A DNA stretch of 64,000 nucleotides from an uncultured delta proteobacterium (GTDB lineage Bacteria > Myxococcota > Myxococcia > Myxococcales > Anaeromyxobacteraceae). The notes beneath the pieces were generated by a model. The model saw only the letters and a list, made by a program, of their open reading frames with translations. It was not told the DNA's origin and did not search any database. The position numbers were made by a program, and so were the translations under genes. The stretch covers positions 21,678 to 85,677 of the forward strand of contig CAWJSR010000017.1 in NCBI GenBank assembly GCA_963845515.1. The letters run 5' to 3'. Of this stretch, positions 1 to 11,367 are shown in pieces. The stretch's first letter is position 1, and each line of letters begins with the position of its first letter.

Positions 1-2003
1 GCCGATCGCTGTGTAGAAGAGCCGCCACGTGCCGTCCGCGGCGAGGTGAGCGACGGGGTGGCGCAGGCCACCGGCGTCGTAGGTTCCCAGCGTCGGCCCG
101 AGGATCTGGTGCGCCGAGGAGAAGGTCGTCGGGGCGGCGGTCGTGGAGGTCGCCAGACCGAGCGACCACTTCCCCGCGCCGTCCTTGCCGGCGTAGAAGA
201 GGGCGAGCGAGGACCCGCTGGCGACCGTGCACGGATCCGCCTGACCGGCGGCGTCGTAGGCGCCGCCGCTCGCGAGCACCGGCGCCGTCGCGGTCCGCGT
301 GACGGTGGTCAGGTCGCTGGAGACCGTGTGCATCCCGATGGAGCTCGCCGGCTCCGGCGCGCTCGCGTCGAGCGAGGTGTGGTAGACCCACCAGCCGGAG
401 GCGTCACCCTTGAGGACCGGGGACGGACAGGCCACGCCACCGGCGTCGAAACCGCTCGGGCCCTTGTCGATCAGCGTCGCGTGCGTCCCCACGTCGGTCC
501 AGGTGAGGCCGCTGTCGCCCGACTGCTTGACGCCGATGCGGCTGTCGAAGTCGGCCGCGTTGACTCCGGTGTAGAAGCCGTACAGGCCCGTGCCGGCCGC
601 TGCCGGCTTGGCCACGGGCCTCAGGTCCGCCACCTTCATGGTGTCGAAGGCCGCGCCCTGCGCACCCAGCGTGAGCACCGACTCGTAGTAGGGGTCGCCG
701 GCGGGCCCCGGCGCCTTGTCCCAGTTCGAGAGCGAGTTGTTCTTGCTCTGGTAGGCGAGCCCGATGCGGTCGTGGAAGTTGAGGTTCGCGTCGAGGTCGT
801 TGCCCACGTACCACATCTTGTAGGGATGGGTCGCATCCGTCGGGTCGCTGAGGATCGTCGGCTGCGAGACGTTGTCGGCGTCGAAGACCGACGTCCCGCC
901 GGCGGCCTTGAAGGCGACGTTGGCGGCGTTCCACGTGAGCCCGTCCTGGCTCGAGGCGTAGATCAGGCTGCTCTGGACACCGACGCCGGCACGGTCTTGT
1001 TGCCGGTGAAGATCATGGAGAACCCGACCTGCGTGCGCACGACCGCCGGAGCGAACGCGCCCAGGCTGTAGTTGCCGCCGCTCACGTCGAAGACCACGCC
1101 GCCGCGCTTCCAGGTGAGGCCGTCGCTCGAGGTCGCGTAGGCCACGCGGGTGTTCTCCGAGTCGTCGGCCGTGTACCACATGAAGTACACGCCGTTGTCG
1201 ACCAGGACGCACGGCTGCATCACCCGGTGGCTGTCGGCCATGCCGGGCTTGCCGGGCGGCAGCACCTCGCCGTGCCTGGTCCAGGTACGGCCGTCGAGCG
1301 AGGTCGCGTAGCCGACGCCGCCGCTGGTCTCGTCCTCGGCGGCGTACCACATCCTGAAGGGCGCCGCCGTGTTCGCCGGGTCGTAGACCACGCTCGGTTT
1401 GGTGAGCTGGCGCGAGTCGAACTCACCCTCGTCGCCCAGGTCCAGCACAGGCGCGGGCTCCTTGGTCCAGGTGGTGCCGTTGGTCGAGGTGGCCAGATAG
1501 ATGCTCTGCGCGAACCTGTCCTCCGGCACGCCCGCGTACCACATGTAGTACTTGTTGCCGTCGCCACTGATGCGCTGCACGCTCATCCCGCCGACGCTGT
1601 AGCCGTCCACGCTCGCCGCCGTGACAGGGGCGAGCACGGGGTCGCCGGCGGCGCGCCGGAAGGCGAACGGCACGGAGGGCAGCCTCAAGGCGCCGGCCAC
1701 CGTGGCGCCGTCGAGCGTGGAGAGGCCGACGACGGGACCGAGCGGGGTCGTCGGGGCGGTGAAGTCGGCGGTGGAGGTCCACGTCGCCGCCACCGCCGTC
1801 CCGTTGGTGGCCATGCGCAGGCCGCCGAGGGCGTCGAGCGTCACGCCGCTGCTCTGCGCCGTGTCGACGCCGCTGAGATCCTGGAACCCGTCGAAGTAGG
1901 CGACGTCCGAGCGCGTCACCGCGCCGGCCGTCACGCCCGCGAGCAGCGCGACCGCGGCGAGCGCCGCGACGGCGGCTGCGAGCCGCATCCTGTGCCGGAA
2001 CAT
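1..2003 (-). CDS. Secreted multi-repeat glycoside hydrolase-like (GH43/32/130-type five-bladed beta-propeller) protein; runs off the window start, frameshifted
   Basis: ATG at 2003 with a GGAGG RBS; signal peptide MFRHRMRLAAAVAALAAVALLAG; repeated WY(A/T)G...I(Y/G)(L/Y)ATS.DG..W and PVL..G..G.FDS..P.V motifs that continue in other frames to base 1. Confidence 0.7.
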
Positions 2004-2088
2004 GCTGGGACCTCCCCCATCTGTGCTCGGCACGGCGTCTCGCGCCGGCCGGCGCGCGGCGTCCCCTCAGGCGCCGCCCGCAGTAGTC

Positions 2089-3278
2089 TTATCGGCGCCG
2101 CGCGCGGGTTCCTGTATGGGGTGCGAGCACGCCGGCTCTTCCTGGGCTTCATGCCGAACAGGAACCGCACCGGCCCCCAGCGCCGCACCGCCACCTCGTA
2201 CACGAGCAGCGTCAGCGCGAACGAGGCGCAGGCGATCGCCGCGAACTTGAGCCCCGACGCCACCTCCCACTGCACGACGACGTAGGCGACGGCGACGATC
2301 ACCGTCTGGTGCAGGATGTAGAACGGGTACGCCGCCTCGGTCGAGTAGGCGAGCACCCGCCCTCCCGCGGTCAGGTACCGCTGCGCCAGGCCGAGCAGGC
2401 CGAGCAGCATGCACCACACCCCGGTCTCGTAGAGGAGCTTCATCAGCGTGTACCCGGCGAACGTGTCCCACAGGGCGCCCGCGCGCGGCTCCGCCCACAG
2501 GTACGCGAGACTCACGGCGACGCCGAGGCCGAGGATCCAGCGCCAGTGCCGGCCTATCGCGGCGAGGATGCGCTCGTCGGCGAACAGCAGGAACCCGAGC
2601 ACGACGATCACGAAGAAGCCGATCGGCGGCTGGCCGCTGAGGTCGTCACCCATGAGGTACCAGGGCACGACCAGGGCCAGCGCCGGGATCGCGATGAGCG
2701 GCACGGGTGTGCTCCAGAGGCGGCCCGAGGCCCTTCACGGCCCGGCCGCCCCGGCCGCGCAGCCACAGGAACAGCGGCAGGCCGACCAGCGCGAAGACGA
2801 ACAGGCAGAGGATGAACCACAGGTGGGCCGGCGTGAAGCCGCCCGTGTAGCCGGTGAACCCCTCGTCGGCGGTGGTGAAGAACTTCGGCAGGTACTCCCA
2901 GTACGTCAGGTCGGCGTCGTGGTGGGTGTTGTAGGCGAGCCAGGTCTGGGGCGGCACGATCACCAGGACGCCGAAGACGAAGGGGACCAGCAGCCGCTTG
3001 ACGCGCTCCGCCGCGTACTGCCCGCCGCTGCGAAAGCGGAACGCCAGCCAGGTGGCCACGCCCGCGAGCAGGAACAGCAGGCTCATGTGCCAGGGGCCGA
3101 CGAAGTCGATGAAGGCCTGGGCGACCCCGTCGGTGGGGTCGTTCTTGATGTAGAAGTCCTCTTCCCAGTTGAAGACGCGCGCCGTGTGGTACGGGATGAG
3201 CAGCAGTACCGCGGCGATGCGCAGCCAGTCGACGTCGTGCCGCCTGGCGGCGGCGCGCGGCGCGCTCGAGGCCTCCAT
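2089..3278 (-). CDS. Acyltransferase family 3 (OpgC/MdoC-like) membrane protein, frameshift near 2700; 3' end approximate
   Basis: RRHDVDWLR..., PWHMSLLFLLAG, ERVKRLLVPF, HLWFI and YPFYILHQ motifs across ORFs 2646-3278 and 1931-2704. Confidence 0.85.
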
Positions 3279-3385
3279 CCGTCTCCCCTCCGAGTGACGA
3301 AGACGCCCGCTATCGTCTCACCATCGACGGCGTGACGCCATGCCCGCGGCCGTCGGCCGGGAGCGTCTGGCCGTTCAGCCGGCCG

Positions 3386-4298
3386 TCAGGCGGGGCACTT
3401 GGCGCAGATGGAGCGGAACTGCATCGTGCTGAGGTAGCGGTCGCCGCGGTCGGGCAGGAGCACGACGATGGTGCCCTCGTCGATCTCGGCGGCGATCTGC
3501 AGCGCGACGGCGACGGCGGCGCCGCTCGAGGAACCCACGAACAGGCCCTCGCTGCGCGCCAGCATCTTCGTGACGTCGAAGGCCTCGTCGTCGTCGACGA
3601 GGCGGCGGTCGTCGAGGTCGCCCGCCGTGAAGATGCCCGGCACCATCGACTCGGTCATGTTCTTGAGGCCCTGGATGGCGTGGCCCATCGACGGGCTCCA
3701 CGCCGACGATCCGCACCTCCGGCTTGACCGACTTGAGGTAGCGGCCCGGTGCCCATGAGCGTGCCGGTCGTGCCCATGCCGGCGACGAAGTAGTCGACCT
3801 CGCCGGCCGTCTGCTCCCAGATCTCCGGACCCGTGGTCTCGACATGCGCGAGGATGTTGTCCGGGTTCTCGTACTGGTTGGGCATGTAGTATGCTCGGGC
3901 TCCTGCTCGACGCAGCCGGTGCGCCTCGTGGATGGCGCCGTCGATGCCCTCCCTGCGCCGGGGTGAGCGACAGCTCGGCGCCGAGCCCCTGGAGGATCGG
4001 CACGCGCTCGGCGCTCACGCACTCCGGCATGCACAGCCGCACGCGGTAGCCCTTGGCGGCGCCGATCATGGCGATGGCGATGCCGGTGTTGCCGGAGGTC
4101 GGCTCCAGGATGGTCTCGCCCGGCGTGAGGTCGCCGCGCGCCTCGGCCTTGGCGATCATGCTGAGCGCCGGCCGGTCCTTGACCGAGCCGCCCGGGTTGC
4201 AGCCCTCGAGCTTGCAGAGGATGTGCACGCCCGGCTTCGTGCCCGACGTTCATCAGCTCGACGAGCGGCGTGTCGCCGATCGCCTGCAGCAGGTTCAT
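3386..4298 (-). CDS. PLP-dependent cysteine synthase family protein (CysM/CysK), frameshifted
   Basis: [54 protein letters not shown]. Confidence 0.9.
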
Positions 4299-4309
4299 TG
4301 TCCCGGACC

Positions 4310-4969
4310 TCCGTCCAGTTCGAGTCCGCCGGCCCCGGCGCCGAGCGCCTCCGGCCCGGCGCCGATGGCCGACGGCGGCGACGCCGACCAGCAGGTCCAC
4401 GCAGCGGCGCCGCACCTCGTCCGGGTCCTCGCCCTCGAGCCCGACGCCCGCGGCGAGCATGGGCTGGCACGACGCCAGGCCCATCAGCGCCGCGCCGATG
4501 ACCATCGCGAGCGCGTGCTGATCGATCTCGACGCCCTCGGGGGCGTTCTCGTGCGAGCCAGCCTTGCAGCAGCCGCAGCGGCCGCAGCGGAGCGCCGGCG
4601 AGGAGGCCCTCCGGCGCCAGGCCGTCGATCTCGGCGCGCAGCATGAGCAGCAGCGATGTACGGCCGTCGGCCAGCGCGTGGTCGAAGACCTGCCGCAGCG
4701 CCGCCGAGAGAGGCGCCGGCGTCGGCGTCGGGCCTGCCCAGGGCGCTCATCGCCTCGCCTTCCGCGAGCAGGATCTCGGCGACCATCTCGTCCTTCGTGC
4801 CGAAGTAGCGGTGCACGAGGGCGTGGTTGACCCCGGCCGCGGCGGCCACCCGGCGGACGCTGACGCCGTCCACTCCGTGGGCCGCGAAGAGCTCCCGCGC
4901 GGCCATCAGGATGGCCTGCCGCGTGACGGCGGCGTCACCGTGCGGCGCGCCCATGCCTGCCTCCCTCAT
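4310..4969 (-). CDS. TetR/AcrR family transcriptional regulator (frameshifted, 3' end approximate)
   Basis: TRQAILMAARELFAAHGVDGVSVRRVAAAAGVNHALVHRYFGTK helix-turn-helix. Confidence 0.85.
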
Positions 4970-5061
4970 CGCTTGCGCTTCGCCCGGGATGATACGTGAG
5001 TCGCCGGGCGTCCGCTCAGGCTCCCGGGGGCGCTGTCCCTCGAGGCGCCGCGTCGGCTAGA

Positions 5062-5077
5062 GTCACCATGGGGTGAC
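5062..5077. promoter_or_regulatory. Candidate TetR operator, inverted repeat GTCACC-N4-GGTGAC
   Basis: Palindrome between the divergent tetR and MBL hydrolase starts, just upstream of the hydrolase RBS. Confidence 0.4.
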
Positions 5078-5094
5078 ACAACGAGGGGAGAATC

Positions 5095-6427
5095 ATGGAT
5101 GGTCTTACTCGTAAGGAGTTCCTGGCGGCGTCCGGAGTAGCGGCGGGCGCCCTCTGGGCGGGCAACGCGCTCGGCGTCGCCGGCGTCGGGGGGCCGGACC
5201 CGGCAGAGGCAGCAGCCGCGATGCAGGCAGCCGTCGCATCCGGCAGCCAGGACCAGTTCGAGAAGGCCCGCGGCCTCATCCAGTCCAACTGGTATCTCCC
5301 GGTCGAGGACCTCGACCCCGGCGAGATGCGCATCTCCTTCCTCGGCAGCAGCTTCACGGCCCGTCGCGCGCAGGCCATGAACAGCGTGTTCATCGAGGTC
5401 GGCACCGGGCAGAGCTTCGTGTTCGACCTCGGGTCGGGGACCATCTCCCAGTACACGGCGATGGGCATCCCCTCGTCGCGGATGACGCGCGTGTTCCTCA
5501 CCCACCTGCACGCCGACCACATGAGCGACCTCGTGGCGCTCTACTGCTTCGGCCCGGCGCACGACCGCAAGACGCCGCTGCACATCTACGGCCCCAGCGG
5601 CCCGATCCTCAGGGGCACGGAATACACGGAACAGGGCACGCAGGCCTTCTGCAAGAACCTGCTGGCGCTGTGCCGCTGGCACAGCGACGCCATGAGCTTC
5701 CTCAGCACCGGCCTCAAGGCCACGGACACGAGGCCGCCGGTCGACGGCTACGAGGTCGTGCCGCACGAGCTGCGCTACCGCAAGAACCCGGGCGTCGCCT
5801 ACAGCGACGACGACGTGGTCATCAGCCACTTCCCGGCGGCGCACGACCGCGACGGCTCGATCAGCTACAGGCTCGAGTTCAACGGCATGTCCGTGGTCTT
5901 CAGCGGCGACACCAAGCCCACCGACTGGATGTACCAGAACGCCAAGGGCGTGGACGTCCTCATCCACGAGATGGCGCTCAGCGTCAACGCCTGGGTCAAC
6001 CACCTGGCGGGCTACTACAAGAAGACCGACCCGCTGATGTACGAGCAGGCCTACGAGCAGATGGCCGAGGTGCAGGCCAACTCGCACACCCCGGAGAAGG
6101 CGTTCGGCGAGTGCATGGCCCAGTGCAAGCCCAGGCTCGGGGTGATCACCCACTGCCACTTCAACCAGGACACGTTCATCCCGGCGATCACGACGGTGCG
6201 CCAGTCCTACAAGGGCCCGCTCGCCTGGGCGGTCGACGGGACCGGTGCTGAACCTCAAGCCCGGCGAAGCCATCACGCAGCGGCAGGCGCTCACCTCCGA
6301 CTTCGCCTGGGACCTCACCACGAAGGGATACAAGCCGAGCGAGGTCGCAGACCCGAAGTACCGCGGCCCCTACGCCCAGTTCAGCGCCTACACGATGCGG
6401 CACATCCTGCCGGGCTACAAGCCGTGA
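5095..6427 (+). CDS. Tat-signal MBL-fold metallo-hydrolase (RNase Z/arylsulfatase-like, GntH-like family), frameshift near 6245
   Basis: N-terminal LTRKEFL Tat-like motif; THLHADH, AAHDRDG, FSGDT, DVLIHE, SHT and ITH motifs; C-terminus in ORF 6245-6427. Confidence 0.85.
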
Positions 6428-6585
6428 GCAGAGCTGCGCCGGCCTCTCTCTCCTCTCCACGGCGCTGCTCTCAGAGGTTCATGCGAACGAGACCGCGCGC
6501 TCACGCGTGCGCTCGCTCGGCCGTCCCAGACTCCTTCACCAGACCCACTCGTCCGCGCCCCGCCTCGGAGCCGACAGGAGACCTG

Positions 6586-6776
6586 ATGGAACACAGCACT
6601 CGCCAGCAGACGGCCACCCAGGTGCGCCTCGACTGTGAGGTGTGCTCCCGGACCTCCGTGGTCGAGAGTCCCCGCGCAGCGCGCCCCGTACGCGGTGGTC
6701 GACTGCCCGCTCTGCGGCGACACGTACATCGTGAGCCTCGACGCGGCCCCGAACGTCGCCGCATCGCTGCCTCTGA
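6586..6776 (+). CDS. Small zinc-ribbon-like protein (CEVC...CPLC), one frameshift
   Basis: AGGAG RBS then ATG at 6586; CxxC pairs lie in adjacent frames. Confidence 0.45.
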
Positions 6777-6799
6777 CCTGCCGGCGGCGCAGAACCTGC

Positions 6800-8214
6800 C
6801 GGGCACCGATTCGCTCGAGGACGTGCGCCTTGATGAGATTGGTCTTGCCGGCTGGTTCGTCTGCAGCCCGGCGGTGATCACGACGACGTCGCCGGGCGCG
6901 CCGTGACCGCCTTCCTCGACCAGGAAGCAGGCCTCGGCGACGATCTCCTCGAACGTCCCATTCCGCGTGCCGAGGAGCGGGTGGACGCCCCATGGAGAGC
7001 GCCAGCTGGTTGACCACACGCTGATTGGGACTCACGGCGATGATCGGCTGACCGGGGAAGTTGCGCGCCACGGCGCGGGCGGTCGCGCCGGAGTAGGTTG
7101 CGCTGATGATCGCGGAGGCGCCCGCGACGGTGCGCGACTCGCAGGCGCCGTGGCTGATGGCGTTGGACACCCCGGTGCGCCCGGCTGCCCACGTCTGCGG
7201 GGCGCGGCCCTGGCGCTCGATGTCCTCTTCGACGACACAGGCGATCTCCGCCATCGTGCGGACCGCCTCCACGGGGTACCTCGCCGACGGCCGTCTCGCC
7301 CGAGAGCATGACGGCGCTGGTCGCGTCGAAGCAGGCGTTGGCGACGTCGCTCGCCTCGGCGCGCGTCGGACGCGGGCTGTCGATCATCGACTCCAGCATC
7401 TGCGTCGCGGTGATGACGGGCTTGCCGGCGAAGCGGCCGCGTGGATGATGCGCTTCTGCGCGATGGGCACCATCGGCCGGGCTATCTCGACGCCCAGGTC
7501 GCCGCGCGCCACCATGACGGCGTCGGCCGCAGCGATGATCTCCTCGTACTCGGCCAGCGCCTCCTTGCGCTCGATCTTGGCGACGACGAGCTGGTCGCCG
7601 CCGGCCGCGGCGATCGCTTCCTTGAGCTCTCTCACATCGTCGGCGCAACCGACGAAGGAGAGCGCCACGTAGTCCACGTCCTGGCGCAGCCCCCAGTCCA
7701 GCAGCTCGCGGTCGGCCGCCGTGAGGGCGCCGATCGGCAACCGGCTGTCGGGCAGGTTGACGCCCTTGCGCGAGTCGATGATCCCGTCGTTGAGCACCTC
7801 GAGCGACAGCGAGGGCGGAATGGCATGCCTGACCCGCAGGGCGACGGCGCCGTCGTCCACGAGCACGCGCTCGCCGGCGCGCAGGTGCGGCAGCAGGTCG
7901 GGGAAGTTGACCGGCAGCATCGCATCGAGCCGGCGCCGAGCTCGATGTGCTGCCCGGCCTTCACCGGGAGCGGCTGCGCCAAGTCTCCGAGCCGCAGCTT
8001 CGGTCCGGGCAGGTCGATGAGCACCGCGAGCGGTGAGGCGTGCGCAGCAGCCGCCCGTCGCGCCGCGGCGATCGCCTCTCGTGCTCCGCCGGCGTCCGTG
8101 AGAGAGGTTGATCCGCGCCACGTCCATCCCGGCCGCCACGAGGCGGTCGAGCACGCCCTCGTGGCGCGACACGGGCCCAAGCGTCGCCACGATCTTGGTG
8201 CGCCGGCGAGTCAC
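6800..8214 (-). CDS. pyk: Pyruvate kinase (multiple frameshifts; 3' end approximate)
   Basis: [79 protein letters not shown]. Confidence 0.93.
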
Positions 8215-8399
8215 GGGGCGCGCAGCGGGACTTGACCGGGGGGCAGCTCCCGGCCGCAGGCACGATCGCGCTCTGGCGCACCGACCGGCTCGTGCATCTC
8301 GCCTCCGTTCTCGCTTGACCTGGCATCGCCGCGGACGGCGAACGCTCTCACGATGCCGCACCCGTGTTCAGTGCGCGCTAAGAGCAGAGAGCCGGAGGC

Positions 8400-8960
8400 T
8401 CAGTCACGCCGCAACGTGCGGAACGTGATGGAGTAGCGGTCGCCCTTCGTCGGCGGGATGTGATGCTGCCACTCGCTGCGCGCGGGGCCGCCGAGGAGGT
8501 ACGCGGAGCGCGGCTCGAGGGTCTGCTGGAACACCTGCCGGTCGCCGCCTGCAGCGCGCCGCAGCCGCAGCCTGCACGGCGCGCCGAGCGAGACGCCGAC
8601 GATCCGGTCGCCGAAGGCGGGGGCGTCGCGGTGCCAGTCGATGCCGGCGCCGACCGGATAGAAGGCGATGAGGGCCTCGACGAAGCTGCCGTCCTCGAGG
8701 CCCGCGAACTCCTCCGCCCGCCGGCGGACCGCGTCGAGCTCCACCGGGATCGGCTCGCCCTCGCGGATCTTCCGGCTCGCGTAGTCGTAGCCGACGCCGA
8801 AGTGCCGCACGAGCCGCTTCGACGGCTTGTCGCGGATGACGATGTGATGCAGGTCGAGGCCGGCGGCGAGGTCGACAAGGTCGAGCTCCTCCGCCGGCGT
8901 CACGAACAGATCCTGATACGCGAAGCCCTCGGGCCACTCGTTGATGCCGTTCAGCGCCAT
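8400..8960 (-). CDS. AlkB-like 2OG-Fe(II) dioxygenase
   Basis: Y..GAGIDWHRD, GVSLGAPC, WQHHIP and RYSITFR motifs. Confidence 0.88.
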   Translation of the reverse strand: MALNGINEWPEGFAYQDLFVTPAEELDLVDLAAGLDLHHIVIRDKPSKRLVRHFGVGYDYASRKIREGEPIPVELDAVRRRAEEFAGLEDGSFVEALIAFYPVGAGIDWHRDAPAFGDRIVGVSLGAPCRLRLRRAAGGDRQVFQQTLEPRSAYLLGGPARSEWQHHIPPTKGDRYSITFRTLRRD

Positions 8961-9069
8961 ACCACCTCCGCCGGGTCGCACCCGAAGTGTGCCCAGTCAG
9001 GGCCGTTGCGAAGACCCCGGGCCTGCGCGCTGAACGCCGTCCTCGCCCCGCGCGGGTCGGCGGGCTAGC

Positions 9070-10100
9070 TGTTCTGAGTCACCACGTTATTGACCAAGTG
9101 AGGGCCTGCCCTTATCGGTTGTTGGTGTCCAAGCCAAGACCGAGAGGGAGGCCCTCATGGCGCATCGTAACGCGAGACTGACCCCGCACGGACGTCTGCT
9201 CCTCTGCGAGCGCGTCGAGGCGAGCGGCTGGAAGCTCTGCGAGGCGGCCGCGGCCGCCGGCGTCAGCCGCCAGACGGCGGGCAAGTGGCTCGCGCGCTGG
9301 CGGGCCGAGGGCGCTGCCGGCCTGCTCGACCGCTCCTCGCGGCCGCTGCGCATCGCCCTGCGCGTGGTCGGGGCTCTGCTGCGCAAGGTCGTGCTGCTGC
9401 GCCTCACGAAGCGCCGCGGCCCGGCCTGGATCGCCTGGCGCACGGAGCTCGCCCCGGCGACCGTCTACCGCGCCCTGCGCCGCCACCGGCTGCACCGCCT
9501 GCGCGCGCTCGAGCCGCGCGAGCCGGTGGTGCGCTACTGCTGGCCGCATGCCGGCGACCTCGTCCACCTCGACACCAAGAGGCTGGGGCGCATCGGCGCC
9601 GGCGGCGGCAAGCGCTTCGGCGGCCGCGGCGCAAGGACCGCCACCGCGGCATCGGCTGGGACTACGCCCACGTGGCCGTCGACGACGCCACCCGGCTGGC
9701 CTACGCCGAGGAGCTCGCCGACGAGCGCGCCGAGACGGCGGCCGCCTTCCTGGAGCGCGCTCTGGCCTTCTTCGCCGGCCACGGCGTCGAGGTGCGGCGC
9801 CTGCTCACCGACAACGGCAGCTGCTACCGCTCGCACGCCTTCGCCGCGGCTGCAGAGGAGCACGGCCTGCGGCTCTGGCACACGCGGCCCTACCGGCCGC
9901 AGACCAACGGCAAGGCGGAGGCGTTCGTGAAGATCGTCCAGAACGGCTGGGCCTACAAGCGGCCCTACGACTCGACCGCCGAACGGATCGCCGCCCTGCC
10001 GCGCTTCCTGCGCTACTACAATGGCTACCGACCGCATGGCGGTCTGGACGGCGACACGCCGCTGGGCAGACTCAGGTCAACAACCTCGTGATGCAGAACA
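9070..10100 (+). mobile_element. Complete IS481-family insertion sequence (1031 bp)
   Basis: 25-bp imperfect terminal IRs (TGTTCTGAGTCACCACGTTATTGAC / revcomp TGTTCTGCATCACGAGGTTGTTGAC); 6-bp TSD GCTAGC at 9064-9069 and 10101-10106. Confidence 0.93.
9157..10091 (+). CDS. IS481 family transposase (frameshift near 9630)
   Basis: MAHRNARLTPHGRLLL, LLDRSSRP, GDLVHLDTKRLGRI, HVAVDDATRLAY, LTDNGSCY, RPYRPQTNGKAE, YNGYRPHGGL. Confidence 0.95.
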
Positions 10101-10101
10101 G

Positions 10102-11367
10102 CTAGCGCGTCCTCGCCCCGCGCGGGCTCGTCGGCGGAGGCGAGCACGCAGTGGAGCAGGACGTTCGCGCCGGCCTCGCAGTCCTCCCAGCTCGTCTCCT
10201 CCACCTCGACGTGGCTGCGCCCGCCGATGCTGGGGACGAAGACCATGGCCGTCGGGCCCACGGTGGCGAGGTAGCTCGCGTCGTGACCGGCGCCGCTCTC
10301 CATCGCCAGGCTGAGTAGCCGAGCCGCTCCGCCGTGCCGCGCACCCGCGCGACGAGCTCCGGCGCGAACTCGTTGTGCCGCACGCGCCACGTCTCCTCGA
10401 CGCGGAGGCCGCAGCCGTGCCGCTCGGCGATGGCACGGAACTCCGCCTGCAGCGCGTCCCAGGCGCGGAGCGCCAGCTCGTCGTCCCACGACCGGATGTC
10501 GACGGTGAAGTGCGCGGCGCCGGGGACGACGTTGCGCGAGTTTGGGTGCATGGTCAGCTCGCCGACGGTGGCGACCATGCCGCCGCCCATCCGGGCCGGC
10601 AGGCCGCGGACCTCGAGGACCATCTCCGCCGCGGTGACCAGCGCGTCGCTGCGTCCGTCCATGGGAGTCGTGCCGACCTGGTTGGCGACGCCTTCGAGAT
10701 AGACGTCGTACCAGTGCAGACAGACGACCCCGCGAGGCACGCCGATCGTCACGCCTTCGCGCTCCAGGCGAGGACCCTGCTCGATGTGGAGCTCGTAGCA
10801 GGCGTGGAACGGGCGGCGGGCGCACGGGACGGAGCCGCGGTAGCCGATGCGAGCCAGCTCGTCGCCGAAACGGAAGCCGTCGCCGTCGGTCCGCGCCCAT
10901 GCCCAGTCGCGGTCGAGGGCGCCCGCCCAGACGCCGGAGGCCAGCATGGCGGGCGCGAACCGCGACCCCTCCTCGTTGGTCCAGTCGACGAGCTCCACGG
11001 AGCGGAGCGTCTCGACGCCGTGGTCGTCGAGGGTGCGCAGCACCTCGAGCGCGCCCATCACGCCGAGGACGCCGTCGAAGCGCCCGCCCCGAGGCTGCGT
11101 GTCGAGGTGAGACCCGGTGATGACCGGCGGCAGCGCGGCGTCCCGGCCGGGCCGCCGGCCGAAGACGTTGCCCATCTCGTCGACCTCGACCCGCGCCCCA
11201 AGCTCGGTCAGCCAGGAGACCAGCAGGTCTCGCGCGCGCCGGTCGTCGTCGCTCAGCGCGAGACGGTGCATCCCGCCGCCCGGCGTCGCCCCGATCTCGG
11301 CCATCGCCTCGAGGCTGCGCCGGAGGCGAGCGCCGTCGACGCGCAGTCCTTCGGTCCCCGCGCTCAC
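10102..11367 (-). CDS. M20-family Zn-dependent amidohydrolase (allantoate amidohydrolase/beta-ureidopropionase type), late frameshift
   Basis: GSHLDTQPRGGRFDGVLGV, NEEGSRF, ELHIEQGP, SGAGHDA, MVFVPSIGGRSH. Confidence 0.92.
   Translation of the reverse strand: MSAGTEGLRVDGARLRRSLEAMAEIGATPGGGMHRLALSDDDRRARDLLVSWLTELGARVEVDEMGNVFGRRPGRDAALPPVITGSHLDTQPRGGRFDGVLGVMGALEVLRTLDDHGVETLRSVELVDWTNEEGSRFAPAMLASGVWAGALDRDWAWARTDGDGFRFGDELARIGYRGSVPCARRPFHACYELHIEQGPRLEREGVTIGVPRGVVCLHWYDVYLEGVANQVGTTPMDGRSDALVTAAEMVLEVRGLPARMGGGMVATVGELTMHPNSRNVVPGAAHFTVDIRSWDDELALRAWDALQAEFRAIAERHGCGLRVEETWRVRHNEFAPELVARVRGTAERLGYSAWRWRAAPVTTRATSPPWARRPWSSSPASAGAATSRWRRRAGRTARPARTSCSTACSPPPTSPRGARTR

Noticed and set aside
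9600..9660. Programmed frameshift in the IS481 transposase
   Set aside because: IS481 transposases are normally a single ORF and there is no slippery heptamer, so this matches background indel noise.
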